Source: Plasmodiophora brassicae
Lineage: Eukaryota
Direction: 5' to 3'
DNA: 64,000 nt
NCBI GenBank assembly: GCA_036867785.1
Contig: CP145418.1
Span: forward strand, 248,001 to 312,000
Shown: positions 22,190-33,816 of the stretch, piece by piece
How the letters are laid out: each line of letters starts with the position of its first letter
Numbering within the stretch: the first letter of the stretch is position 1
Made by a program: the position numbers and the translations under genes
The notes under the pieces: generated by a model
Told to the model about the DNA's origin: nothing
What the model saw: the letters and a program-made list of their open reading frames with translations, nothing else
Database searches by the model: none

Positions 22190-23792
22190 ATGGCGGATGA
22201 GAACCAGGCGCCGCAGGTGCCCTTCCTTCCGGGGTACCTACGGGACCCGTCGATCAGGACCGATTTTCGCAAGCGGCATCATTTCGAGCTGGCACCCGGT
22301 GGCGTCCCGCTGGAGCACGACGTTCCCCTGGGCAACATCGATGCCAACAAGGTCGGTTCCGGCCCGGACGTGAACGCCCTTCATGGCGCCATGCTGCGCG
22401 TCCGCCCAGCCTGGCTCGAGCACGCCGGCCGCGTCGCCCGATTCTTCGCCTACCAGGTCAACTTTCGTTTCGTCAGGCGCTTCGCCATCTACTACTACCT
22501 GGAAGACAACTCCATGTCGATCGGGGAGGTCCCAGACCGGAACCGGCTGACCAGTGGGCCACCTGCCCGCCAGGCCACCTTCCTGCGTCGGCACCGAGTC
22601 CCCGTTTTCGGTTCCGCCGACCGCATCATCCTGGCCACCGACCTTGACATCGGCCGGACGATCACGATCTACTCTCGACAGTTCTACATCTACGACTGCG
22701 ACGACACGACGAGGCGCCTGTACCAGACGGTGCTGAACGTTGCGTTGCAAGCGTCGCAGGAGGCGCCAGTTGACACAGAACCACATGTCGCCGCGGTCCC
22801 GTCAAACTCCCCAAGTCGACTGAACGAGCACCTGGAAGCGCTGCACGGCCGACCAACAGGTAAGCCAATCTGTATCGCAACCTGGCCAACGCTGACGGAT
22901 GCACAGGCCGAAGCCTGCAAGCAACGCGCCAGTTCCTGAACGACGACGGCGCTGTCCTGCGATTCTGGGTGCGACTGAACCCACGAGAATCCGCACTGGA
23001 TCGCAATGCAGACGGGAGGGTGGTCGCCGTTCGCGACGAGCCCAACCAGGAGCCGGTCTACGTTCTGCGGCACTTCCTTGCCGACGGCACCAGTGAGCTC
23101 GTCCTCGACAAGGAGCAGCGCGCCCTCGGCGAAGGATTCTGCACGACCCTCATCAAGCGACAGCGTTGGCCGAAGGTCACGATAACGCCCATAACGCTTC
23201 ACGTGGGCGCCTGAAACAAACGTTTGTGGTTCAGGGCCCACGCCCGCCAACAGTGGAAGCCTTCGGCATCTCATTGTCGTCGGAGCAGTTGGGCGGCGAA
23301 TACATCGGCAAGGAGGACTTTGCATTAGGACGCACGCTGGACATCTTTGGGCGACGAATCGTCTTGGTGAAGGCGGACGCGTTCACGACGAATCTGCTCG
23401 GACTAGGCGATCCAGTCCGGGAGGTGCCCGTGCAGAAGAAGTCGGTCACGACAAGCAGTCCCCTGGGTGGTCGGACGCACCCGACGCGAAAGGCTGACGA
23501 TGATGGCACAGTGCTGAGGTTCCTGGCTCAGATGGAGAAGGGATCGGAGTGCGATCGTCGGTTCGTGATCGAGTACCGACCGTCGGACGATTCAGTCGCC
23601 GTGTTCGAGAAAGCAGTGATCGAGAAGACGCCCAGCAAGTTCCTCGAACGCAACATCGACCATAAAGGTGCCGCGTTCCGCCTGGACGACCTCAGGGCCG
23701 GACGTGTCTGCACGATCAACAAGTTCGCGTTTCGAATCTTGCAAGAAAACCCCGCCGCGAAAGCGTTCTGGGCGAGTCGAGTCCAACAGTAA
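22190..23792 (+). CDS. EFHC: EFHC1/EFHC2 (RIB72)-like DM10-repeat axonemal protein
   Basis: Three DM10-like units: VARFFAY...IYYYLEDNSMSI...FLRRH...IYDCD; VLRFW...HFLADGT; VLRFLAQM...FVIEYRPSDDSVAVFE. Confidence 0.8.
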
Positions 23793-23872
23793 CACGGATT
23801 GAAGCCTTTGTGTGAAATACATTATGTCGTGGTTGCCGTCACCAGCTATCTGCAGGTCAAAAAGCAGAGTCG

Positions 23873-23945
23873 CTTCGGTACTGGGAGTCGAACCCAGGTC
23901 TCCCGGGTGAGAGCCGGGTACACTGACCACCTATGCGATACCGAA
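23873..23945 (-). tRNA. trnE-CUC: tRNA-Glu(CUC) copy 1
   Basis: TTCGGTA/TACCGAA acceptor stem, CCCGG-CT-CTC-AC-CCGGG anticodon arm, GGTTCGACTCC. Confidence 0.95.
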
Positions 23946-24036
23946 CGCGCTGATGTAGGCGGTTCCTACGCCAGTTCATGAGCGTGCATGATTGTCCACA
24001 GATTGCCGCATTGTGGCCGCAAAAATAGAGGACGAG

Positions 24037-24109
24037 CTTCGGTACTGGGACTTGAACCCAGGTCTCCCGGGTGAGAGCCGGGTACACTGACCACCTATGC
24101 GATACCGAA
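24037..24109 (-). tRNA. trnE-CUC: tRNA-Glu(CUC) copy 2
   Basis: Same as copy 1 except the T-loop reads GGTTCAAGTCC. Confidence 0.93.
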
Positions 24110-24233
24110 CGCTGCGCGGAGGACGATTCCCAAAAGCTATATCTGTATTGTATAGACCGTTGGTGCAGACTTCATCCAGACTAGGCGTACGCAAGACCTT
24201 ACTATGTTGAAATACCGTAAAATATTCAGAAGT

Positions 24234-25429
24234 TTAGTATTCTGCGGAATCCATCTCATGCTTGCGGTACAGCATGAGTCCATACAGCAGCGGCGTCGCG
24301 ATCACTTCAGCGAACCGGAAGTACAGCCACGAATCGGCATGGTACCCAGCCATTGTTGATAGCCTGAAGAGCGGATACCAAATCAGGTCAGAGTGACCCA
24401 GCACACGTTATGCACCTTACAGGTTCGAAGACAGAAGAACGAGGGCGCATTTGACGGTTGGCTCGATATCGAAAACAAATTCCGACAAGTGCTCGAAACG
24501 ATCTGGATCGGGTTTGGATTCCAGAAACAGGATCGCAAAGTACGCGATCACGACGACACCAATGCCAATAGACAGAGCAGGGCGGACGAAGGACCCCGAG
24601 CCCACCACCGCCATCGCCAGATTCTTTAGTGACCCAAGAACCGGATTACGGGATGACCACAAGCAATAGGTGACGAGTAAAGATGTGAAGGCAGATTCAG
24701 TGATGACACCGTGGTCGTCAACCAACTGTGACCAATGATCAGGTACGCGCGAAACGGACCACAAAGAGGGCGACATTACGCTCATTATTGTCAACGCGAG
24801 GATGGCGACCATACCAGCAACATACGGTGCTGTTTGAGGGAATCCCTCGTTGAAGAATTGGTACCATAGAACACCGGCGCCAGCGTACGATGCACAGGAC
24901 GCGGTGAGAGCGAGCACTTTCATGAGGAGTGACAGCGTCTCTGACACGTCCACGGATGACACTAAAGAGGGCGACGTTGGCCAATAAAACGACGTAACCA
25001 GGTGACCGCTCTACTCTACCGATGTTGTTGACTTTCGTCGAAATACGCTCAGCAGCATCAATAACAACCACCGCCTCGATCTGCAATTAGCACACGATCA
25101 TGTAAGTTTCAGGCCGGAGCGGAATCCCACAAGCCTACCAGGCAGTACAGCAAGCCGGTCGCATAGACAAGAAACCGGAACCCCGAGAGGACGGAAGGTA
25201 CAGCGCCCAGGGCGACATAAAGCAGAGGCGAGCACGCGGCAAACACGAACCGGAACAGATCCGCGCGCTTGTCTACCGACTCGGCAATGACCCGCGGCGT
25301 CTGCACCAAATAGTACAGGAACACAACGCAGCTCGCGCGCATGAACCGCTCCTCGGATCCCATCATCATCAGGGCGGCGACCAGGCCGCCCGCCGACGCC
25401 GACGCCACCATCGGCCCGAACATCAGCAT
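24234..25429 (-). CDS. Hypothetical multi-pass membrane protein
   Basis: Hydrophobic ORFs 25109-25429 and 24417-24962, plus a terminal exon ending ...MDSAEY*, linked by short introns. Confidence 0.6.
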
Positions 25430-25604
25430 GGCGGCGTTCCCGCGACGAACCCGGACTTTGCAAAATGGCTCCGATTGCAGTCGTCAGGGTGGCGCCGGGT
25501 CACTCCGTCCCGGCCGTCCCCGACCCGACCGACCTATTTCTGTTGGAGCTGCACGCGGACGCGAACGTCCAACATCCAAAAAAGGGCGGGTTCAGAACAT
25601 TCTA

Positions 25605-26402
25605 TTATTGAAACAGGTCCAGTTTGAAGAAGTCGTGCAGGGTGAAGCCGTCCTCGTTGATGACCAGGTTCAGCTGCCAGGTCTGGACGCCGGCAGCGAC
25701 GGCCCGGTCGATGGTGGCACGCAGGGCTCGAATGCGTTCGCCGACCACGCCAGGGAGGTCGGCGACCTCGTGGATGGCTGGTTGGAAGCGGGACGCTTTG
25801 TGCAGGAAGACGAGGACGAAGGTCGCCTTTTTCACGTTCGCTTTCGGGTCGAGAAGCGCGTCACCCAGCTCCTGGTAGTGCCGAATCAGGCGGTCGCCGA
25901 TGCGCGACACTTTCGAGTACTCCCGGCTGTAGTTGGGGTGAATCTGTGCCGCGTCGTCCCCCATGTTGACGAGCGTCTTCACTTCGACGAAATGGCGATC
26001 GCCAACCTCGAAATCGATTCGGCTCTTGCCCAGGCGACGCTCCCGATGTACTGCGCCAGCTTCGATCCGCTCCTGAAGCATGCCTTCGTCCAACAGCCGC
26101 TCGACGTAACGGTTCGCTGCCGTTTGATTGATGCCACGCCAGCTACTCCCGCCATCCAGCGAGATCGCCTCGACGGTGAACGGCGTCTTCCGCTTCGGCG
26201 ACGTCGCCGCCGCCGACACCAGGCACGGCACTCGCGTGCCCTCCAGGTTGAAGTTCAGGTTCGCGATCGTCGACGTCACGGGGCAGTGGAACCGATGCGT
26301 GACGCCGTCGACGTCGACGTTCATAATGAATCGGTTCGGGCGCGCCGTGACGAACCCGCGTTGCAGCCGCTGGGCGAATTTGATCGCGCGCTTGCCCTTC
26401 AT
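25605..26402 (-). CDS. sfsA: SfsA-family (sugar fermentation stimulation protein) OB-fold + PD-(D/E)xK nuclease, intronless; alternative in-frame start at 26504
   Basis: RPNRFI...HCP...L...CLVS...KRKTPFTVE...GINQTAAN...ERRLGKSRIDF...FVEVK...RH.QEL...FVLVF...AVAAGV, the hallmark SfsA motifs. Confidence 0.85.
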   Translation of the reverse strand: MKGKRAIKFAQRLQRGFVTARPNRFIMNVDVDGVTHRFHCPVTSTIANLNFNLEGTRVPCLVSAAATSPKRKTPFTVEAISLDGGSSWRGINQTAANRYVERLLDEGMLQERIEAGAVHRERRLGKSRIDFEVGDRHFVEVKTLVNMGDDAAQIHPNYSREYSKVSRIGDRLIRHYQELGDALLDPKANVKKATFVLVFLHKASRFQPAIHEVADLPGVVGERIRALRATIDRAVAAGVQTWQLNLVINEDGFTLHDFFKLDLFQ

Positions 26403-26508
26403 TGCCTCGGAACGATGTCTTGCCGCGCAGCGCGCAGCAGGTGGAATTGTGCGCGACAGCGCGACTCGACCCTTTCCGGCAGTCCGCGCGACAGGACGGA
26501 CCATCTCG

Positions 26509-27192
26509 TCAGACGAGCCCTATCAGCATGTATGCATACTCCAGGGCCTGGTGCCTGGCCGAGTCGACGATATCGAGGCCGTGCGCCTTGTACGGGGCGG
26601 GCTGGAGCGGCGTGCCGGCCAGCCCGAGCTCCTGGAATATCTCCAGGACGGGTTTGCGCCCGGACGTCACCGCGCACGCGGGGTAGCTGATCGACACGAT
26701 CACCTCGACGCTATCGGAGCTGCCGATCTTGCAGGATCCGATGCTGACCAGGAAATCGCCAATCCTGTACGTCTGGATGTCGGATCAGATTCCAACATAA
26801 CACGCCTCCAGGGGCACGTCTCCGACCTGCCCCTGGAAATACATCGCCAGGCGCGGCGTCAGCTTCTCATCGGCCAGCAGCACATGGTTGCTCGTCCCGG
26901 ATCCGCACCCGACAACCTGGTCGGGGAGCACGATGAACAGCGAATCCGGCAGCCGGGAGTCGCGCACGGTCCTGAAGTCGGCGACGCGCCCGGTCGGGTC
27001 CGCTGCCATTCGTCGACGCTGGTCTCAGTACGCGCGCGACCCCGCCCTCAGCCGGCGGGACTCACCGGATGGCCGCGTATGGTACAGCTGCACGTGCACG
27101 GTGAACTGCTCCGGCACGTACCCGGGCCCAGTCAGCTGCAGCAGCGCGTCCTTCGACGGCGCCGTCGCCCCGCACCGCCAGTGCACGCGCAT
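26509..27192 (-). CDS. MED20: Mediator complex subunit 20-like
   Basis: MRVHW...FTVHVQLY...YRIGDFLVSIGSCKIG...VIVSISYPAC...LEIF resembles the MED20 consensus (Y.LGDF.V.VG.V...VEVEY.PC). Two introns. Confidence 0.6.
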
Positions 27193-27647
27193 TAAATGCG
27201 AACTGCCGCGACGATGGACACGCTGCTGAGAGTCACGTGCCAGGCGCGCCTGGCGTATTACTATTGTCCGCTTTAGCGGTTCTCATGGCTGACAATGATG
27301 ACGACCGGAGCGGTGACCCGTCGTCGTGGCCTGAACAGGGCGAGGCGGGCCACGGTCCCCGAGCGACCTTCCCAGCAGAGGATCGTGGTTGTGGGCCGCG
27401 GAATTCGGTTACGGGCTGTAGAACCACGTGTTCGGGTGCAGGGCACCATCCGACACGAAGGCAACGCTGCTGGACGCCCGGGCACCTAACAGGACGGCAG
27501 CGAACGCGGCGCGCAGCATGCGATATCGTCCGCCGATGTCGCACCTCACAACCCCTCATAGGGATGGAGAGCGGCTCCTGGCGCCGTCTGCCTGGCCGAC
27601 CGACGCGTAGAGCTGTGCACCACGACCGGCACACATCGCCTGCTTCA

Positions 27648-28901
27648 TTACACCATTTGAAACCGAAGCGAATTGGACAGTGCTACAGGGGGGCTGTGGA
27701 CTGGCCGCCTCACGGCCGCGATCTCGTTGCGTTCGACAGCAGCAGCATCAGCCTCAGGGCTTGCTGATGCCTCCTTTTGTGGGGCTTCTGCCGCGGGTTC
27801 GAATCGAATTCGAAGCTTGCGCGATCGGTGACGATACTGGACGGTGTGCATGTTGGCGGCAGGGAACGGTGCCTGGACGTTCAGGGCCAGGGCCCCGGAA
27901 AGGTGGACGCCCCAGTCGGATTGCTCGACGATGATGCCGGCAACGGGCACATCGCCGATATCAATGTCGAGTTCCGCTGCCGCGCCCGACGACCCGTCGC
28001 TGAACGGAGACCGAACGTTACCCGCTGACCGCGCGTACCATCGCAGAGTGGGCGCAAACGACGGCTTCGTATCGTGTGGGCGTTCGCTGCCGGCGACTGC
28101 CTGCGGTTTCGGCGGTTTCTTGACCGGAACGGGCAGGTCCAGCGACGACCGGTCTTCGGGCTCGCTGAGCTCTTCGATCTTGGGTTGTGCCGGCGCGCGA
28201 CGGATGCGTTGCCGGACAGGCCTGCCACCGAGGTACGCCGCCTTCGGGAATCTGACATCTGCCCAGCACGACAATCAGCAGGACGGGCGATCCGGGGCAC
28301 GGCAGCACAGACGGGTTCGCGACAGGACCAGGTCGTACTTCTGCTCGAGCTTGTCGAGGCACAGGTTGACGATGAAATCCCTGTACCGAACCGTGTCGGC
28401 GGGCGACGACCCGTGCAGGCAGGACGCCACCGTGTCTGGATTGATAACGCAGTCGTAGACGACGCAGGGTCGTCCAGCTATGGCTCGAATGTGAGCCGAC
28501 GTCGCTAGGCAGAACGAGGCTGGTTCTAGGACCTTTGTCGGCAGACGCCCGAGCGGGACCGCAACTGATCGGTACCCGAAGGCGGACGTCATCGTCGACA
28601 CCCTCTTGCGACGGTGCTGCGATGCATTCCGACGAACACACGTTCACGAACACCTTCTGCAGAGCGTCGCCTGTTATGACCGGCGATCTCAGGATCGGCA
28701 AGCGAACGACCCCACCTTGTCAGGGGCATCCGCCAGCGCGGTCTTGACCGCAAACCCGGGTTCCGGGTCGACGTCGACCCCGTTGTCCTCGTAATCTCGA
28801 CGCGCGCGTAACTGCTCACCGTACTGCTCCCAGAGGAACTCCAGGCTGGCGTCAGCCGACGCGCTCGACGATGGGCCACCCGGGGACACGACCTCTACCA
28901 T
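27648..28901 (-). CDS. PIH1-domain protein (PIH1D1/Kintoun-like)
   Basis: PEPGFAVKT...KVFVNVCSSE...RVPISCG...DK.GRPCVVYDCVINP, followed by a CS-like C-terminal region. Confidence 0.85.
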
Positions 28902-29093
28902 GGTGCCTGCGACTATCAGCAGGCTGGCACCGCCCCAGTGGCTGCGCTGGGAGGAGGACGCCCAGAACGCGTGCGGCACATTCGCTCCTATGGGCGCTGC
29001 TACGAGCCATGCAGTCCCAGAGTTCGACGAAGCAGCCGGGTGTGTTGCTGCCGGCGCTGCCTACAACGCTGCCTACAGCGTGCGAACGGAACG

Positions 29094-29676
29094 ATGTCGG
29101 TACCAGGGGAGCCGGAGGAAGTCGAGGACAACGCGCTCATTGTGAAGCGGGCGACGAAGGATGACGCACCGGAACCTGTCCGATACTCCATATGCGCTGC
29201 CCTGTCCCGAATGATCATCGCAGCGGCCAAAGGCGTTGCCGGCGGCCCTGCCCTGCTATTGGCGTTCATCATGGCGGTTGTCCCGGAGCGCACCAAGCAC
29301 GCTTACGAACAGGTCCAGACCGACCCCAGTATGGGTGTCGTCCAGCGCAGTGAGCTGGGAGCACAGGTGGCACATTGCGACGCAGACATGGGTGATCTGG
29401 AGCTCGAGCTGGACGACCTTGACGGTTCGCACCCGGATGATCTTCCTTTGGACGAGTTCGATTTCGACAATTTGCCCATCGTCGGCAACGAGGGCGAAGG
29501 GATGAACCCGCCTATCAAGGATCGCGTCCTGTACCGAGCCAGGAAACTCTATAACCAGGTCGGTGGGGAGCGTTGCAGGTGTATGCCAATCTGACATGTT
29601 GGTTGTGCAGGTGCCGACCATCCCTGGACGGGAACCCAACCAATTCGATTCAACAGGACGCCAAGAGTACGTGTAA
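29094..29676 (+). CDS. Hypothetical protein
   Basis: Long ORF 28938-29594 with an acidic region, plus a short terminal exon after a GT-AG intron. Confidence 0.45.
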
Positions 29677-29744
29677 ACGGGTTCCTGACGCAATGGCTGC
29701 TGCAGAATAAATATATTCGCGACTATAGCGGACGTCCGAATTCG

Positions 29745-31896
29745 TCAGTCATCGATCGTGATGACTTCGGGTTTCGATCTGGCGCCCCGACGGCACAGAG
29801 CACAACCGAGGGAGTGCTCCGTACCGTTAGGCGGGTGCACGACCCCAAGAGGGCATCCGGCGACTCCAGGGCACTTGGGCAGCTGACTCGACGACTTCTT
29901 CGAGACATAGTTCCCCAGTTGCTGCTTACGATGACATGGGTCGCAGAAGTGCGTTGTTCCTATCACAACGCCAAGTCAGAGCAGAAGTAGCAGGTATAAG
30001 CGATCACCGATGCGCACCCCAGCAGAACCAGACGGCGACCTGGCAGCAGAAGCGGCACTTGTACTCTCTACAGCAGCACAGGTGTCAAACGCGGCCACCA
30101 GACGTCTCCGACCGAACAGTACATGAAATCCTTGCCATGCACATCGCAGTTCACAGTCGTGTCGCTACAGCCGCCGCAGAGCAACTCGTCGGCGTTGAAC
30201 TATAAAACACACACACGTCAGTGGCAGTCTGCGAAGACGGCAGATCAAGGCACGCATACGTTCTCTTCATCTCGACCGGCCATGTCCCCACACTGTCTCA
30301 TCCCACCAAAGTACGGTCTCTGACAGCAGAACCGAAATGAGTCCCAAGGAGCGAGCCCCACCTCGACTGGACACCGTAACCTCACCTTGCACTTGTGACA
30401 CATGAAATACGCAAACCGATCCATGGCGTATTCCTCAGGATGCTGGAAGTGCTTGCCGCCAGGCTGGGTGATATCCGGATGCGTCTGCAGGCCCTCAAGA
30501 TAAAGACGTTGCATGGCAAGATCCTGGACAGACTTCTTGGTTCGAATCAGCGGTCGCAGCAGCCGGGACAGGCTGGGGTGGCTAATAGGATCCTTGCAGA
30601 GCGGACACAGTAGGAACCCAAACGAGATCCGCGATCCTGGCCACTTCTTCTCGAGCTTCTTGACAATGCAGGCGTGATGGAAATGGTGGCCGCACGTAAG
30701 CCGGATGCAAGGAGCTGAACCAAGCGATTCCACCCAGCAGATGTTACAGAATTCGTCGGCGATGACGCTTCCCTCCTCACTTGGGCACGAAAGGCAAGGA
30801 GAGCAATTGCTCTCACCCCGCAAGCCAGTGCAGGGATGGTTGCACGCCAGGACCTTGGTGCAGGTGTCAGACGCCCTCACCTTGCATTCGGAATTACAGC
30901 ACACGTCCTGCAGGCCGCAATCGCGATGCAGATTCGCTTCCGTTATGGCCGTGTTGCAGAATCGGCACCGGCGCGCCATCGTGAACGCCTTGAAATCGCT
31001 GCAGTTGAACCCATTGTGATAGGGTACCGCCTCACACAAGTCGCACCAGTCCGTGCGACATTTGCACCGGAATCTGTGCATTGCACGGTGCCGAAGGGCC
31101 TCAGGGGTCATGACCGACCCGTCCAACGCGCGTGTTTGGTCCTGGTCAGACGTCAGGACGTCGCCCTGCTCCTTGGCGAACACCTCTTTGCAGCTGGGAC
31201 ACCGGACGAACGCCCCGGAGTGAACGATCGAATCAAGACTAGACGCTTCCAGAGCGTCGTATTCCGATGCATCCAACACGGCCTAGATACGTGTCAGCCA
31301 TGCTGTGACAGTTGCACTGGACAGCAGAATAGACATGCCTTGCAGACAAACATGGGCAGGGACTGCTCACATTCGGCGACGGGACACTGAACCCGTTCCC
31401 GGTACGGCGCGTCACCTGTCAACGACCCCCGAAGGCAAGCTCTGCAGACGCGGTGATCGCATTCTTCCAGATGAATGACGGCCTCCGCGTTCACGGCTTT
31501 GCATAAACAGCAGGTCGCCTCACGCTCCAGAAACAATCGAAACTGCTCGTCGTCGTCGACGCTGCCGAGATCCATGGCCGCGTCGGCGGCGGCTTCGCGC
31601 TCAGGAACGGAGGACTGCCCATGCACCAGCACAGATGCCCGATGGTGATACGACATCAGCACATCAGCAAACGCCTGCAACCTGGGAACGGGGCGGCCGG
31701 CCCGTTCCATCGCATCGAACTGCGGCTCGAGCCAGGCCTTCAGGTCCTCGGCCAGGGCCAGCGGGTTCACCGGATCCCCCAGGCAGCCCGACACATGCGA
31801 CGGCAGCAGCGACGATGGCAGCGCCCTGCCGCACACAGGGCACGCCGTCTCAGGCGACGACGACGTCGACGACGATGCCGCCGACGTCATTGACAT
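29745..31896 (-). CDS. E3 ubiquitin ligase: UBZ + RING1 + IBR + MYCBP2/Highwire-type RING-H2 and tandem-cysteine domain
   Basis: CNICWVESLGSAPCIRLTCGHHFH..C...WPGSRISFGFLLCPLC; YAMDRFAYFMCHKCK|RPYFGG; YKCRFCCQVAVWFCWG|TTHFCDPCH; CPLGVVHPPNGTEHSLGCALC. Confidence 0.88.
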
Positions 31897-32036
31897 GACC
31901 AGGCAGCCGTTTCCAGCGGCTGTCTGATGCAAAACTGCGGAACATCCGCGCGGTTCCGTGGCACTCACGGACACACTGCACACTGAGAAAGTTTGTCGTT
32001 GATTTTTGCAGTGCGCGAAGTCTGTCTGTCGGGGAG

Positions 32037-32497
32037 ATGGTGGCAGCGCAACGCGGGCAGGGAGACGCGCCGACGGGCAAGCTGGCCGATGACCCGCGCA
32101 TGCCGTCGCGTATCACGACGTACAAGATCGATCAGGTCCGGGATGACCTGTCGGCGGACTGGCCGTCGCTGCTGAGCCTGGTGTTCGGGATCTCCGGGCT
32201 GACGATGCGGATCAAACTGCTCGCCTGGGCAAGGTATGGTCCGCGTGGCCGTCTCCCGGGACGGGGATGATGTGAACGACCTCTGTGCAGTCTGTTTTGC
32301 AGTTTAACGTCGATGTCCAGTGTTCGTGCGGCAGACTTTGATCTGAAACAGATTATTAGCTCCCTCGCGGTATGTTGTTGCCAGAGATCAGATGCCATGC
32401 CTGTTCAGTAATGTCGTCGTCATAGTTTGCTTCGCTTAGTATCTTCTTCAATTACTTCGCGCCTGCGGGCCCATTGGGAACAGTCAGCCCCACATAA
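32037..32497 (+). CDS. WDR83OS: Asterix / PAT complex subunit (UPF0139)
   Basis: DPRMPSRITTYK...DWPSLLSLVFGISGLTMRIKLLAWA|SLFCSL.S.S......DLKQIISS|..FASLSIFFNYF. Confidence 0.85.
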
Positions 32498-33106
32498 AGA
32501 ATCCCTACTTCCACCATTGGCGAATGCTGACGAAGATTGTATTCACCGTAGTGTGCGCAGCATCAGGGGGACCCGCCGTCATCGAAGCGGGTCCACAATG
32601 CTAGCTCGAACGGTAGAAGACGCGCTCGTCGCATGCAAATGTGCACAGCAGCCTTACCGGGCGGTCACGTGTCTTTTCCGTGTGAATCTGCAGTAACGGA
32701 ACGTACGTACGTATGGTCGATGCCCGCATGCAGCGGGCCGTGCTGCCCAACTCGCCCCCACCGGGACAAATTGAAACGACACTGATCCAACTCCAAGCAC
32801 GTCAACATCGATACGGATCGGAGAAGTATTGGTGCGAAAGTTCTGACGTCCCTGAGAACCTTCCAGGCGCTGCCGCGACGGGTACCTAAATTTAACGCCC
32901 CCTGGAAGGCCGTGACGTGGGCCAGTGGCCACTGGCGCATATTCATCACCAGTGCAGTGCGCTCTTACGAGTTACGTCACACTGGCGGAAACCGGGCCCC
33001 TACGCGTGACGCGTTGCGCCGAGGGTCCATACTGGTATTCCGGGGGTCGCGTGGGAATCGCTTGTCGTCGGGGCTGGAGCCTGGATGCGCGCACGACCCG
33101 CCGGCC

Positions 33107-33343
33107 ATGTCGATTTCTCCAGTTCATCTCATCGTGGACGCTATTGCACAGCGCGTGCTTCCCCGACAGCGCGGTCTAGCGGACAAGGAGACTAGCACAG
33201 ACTCGCCGCCCGGCGTCAGGCACGTTCATTTCGACCTCACCAAGAATCGCGTCATCATCCTGCAGCCCACTCGTGAAGAGAGGAAACTGGCACGCAAGGC
33301 CAAACGCCAGGCCCGGAAGAACCGCAAGTCGCGCTTCTCGTAG
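33107..33343 (+). CDS. Small basic hypothetical protein with RVxF-like motif
   Basis: MSISPVHL...RHVHFDLTKN...REERKLARKAKRQARK. Confidence 0.4.
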   Translation: MSISPVHLIVDAIAQRVLPRQRGLADKETSTDSPPGVRHVHFDLTKNRVIILQPTREERKLARKAKRQARKNRKSRFS

Positions 33344-33456
33344 GATGCACCGGCTCACCTGCAGAAATACACCAATGTTCCCAAACGGCCACGCCGCATC
33401 ACACAGTGTTTTCCCATTGTCATACGCATAAGTGGGCTGCTCCCCAAGCGACAGAG

Positions 33457-33737
33457 ATGGATAACGATGACGTCGAACAGGCAAGGCGGGACCGCGCCAC
33501 GAACGAACCGGGCCGCTGACGTTGGGACGTGTCTAGACGACTGCGGCTGGCGAGACGGAACGCCCCGAGGTTGTTCTGCCGCGTACTGGCCTCCTGTTCT
33601 CGGAGAAAGGCAACCTGACGGAAGTGCTCTGCAAGCCCAAGATCATGTCGATCAAGTCGATCACGTTGGAGAAGCTCGAGAAGATGGAGCGCGACGCAGC
33701 GAATGCTGCCCCAGGAGGTTCCACGCAGCGACAATGA
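33457..33737 (+). CDS. BBIP1: BBSome-interacting protein 1 (BBIP10/BBS18)
   Basis: MDNDDVEQ, then a GC-AG intron at 33481-33536, then ...[42 protein letters not shown]. Not shown in the ORF track. Confidence 0.85.
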
Positions 33738-33816
33738 ATGAATCGCCAGGATATGTGGGGCCGTGTGCATTGAAGGTTGTCATAGAGAAATATATTCTGT
33801 GAAAGCGATACCATCG

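Noticed and set aside
25341..27195. 449-aa and 355-aa + strand ORFs
   Set aside because: They are antisense shadows of sfsA and MED20.
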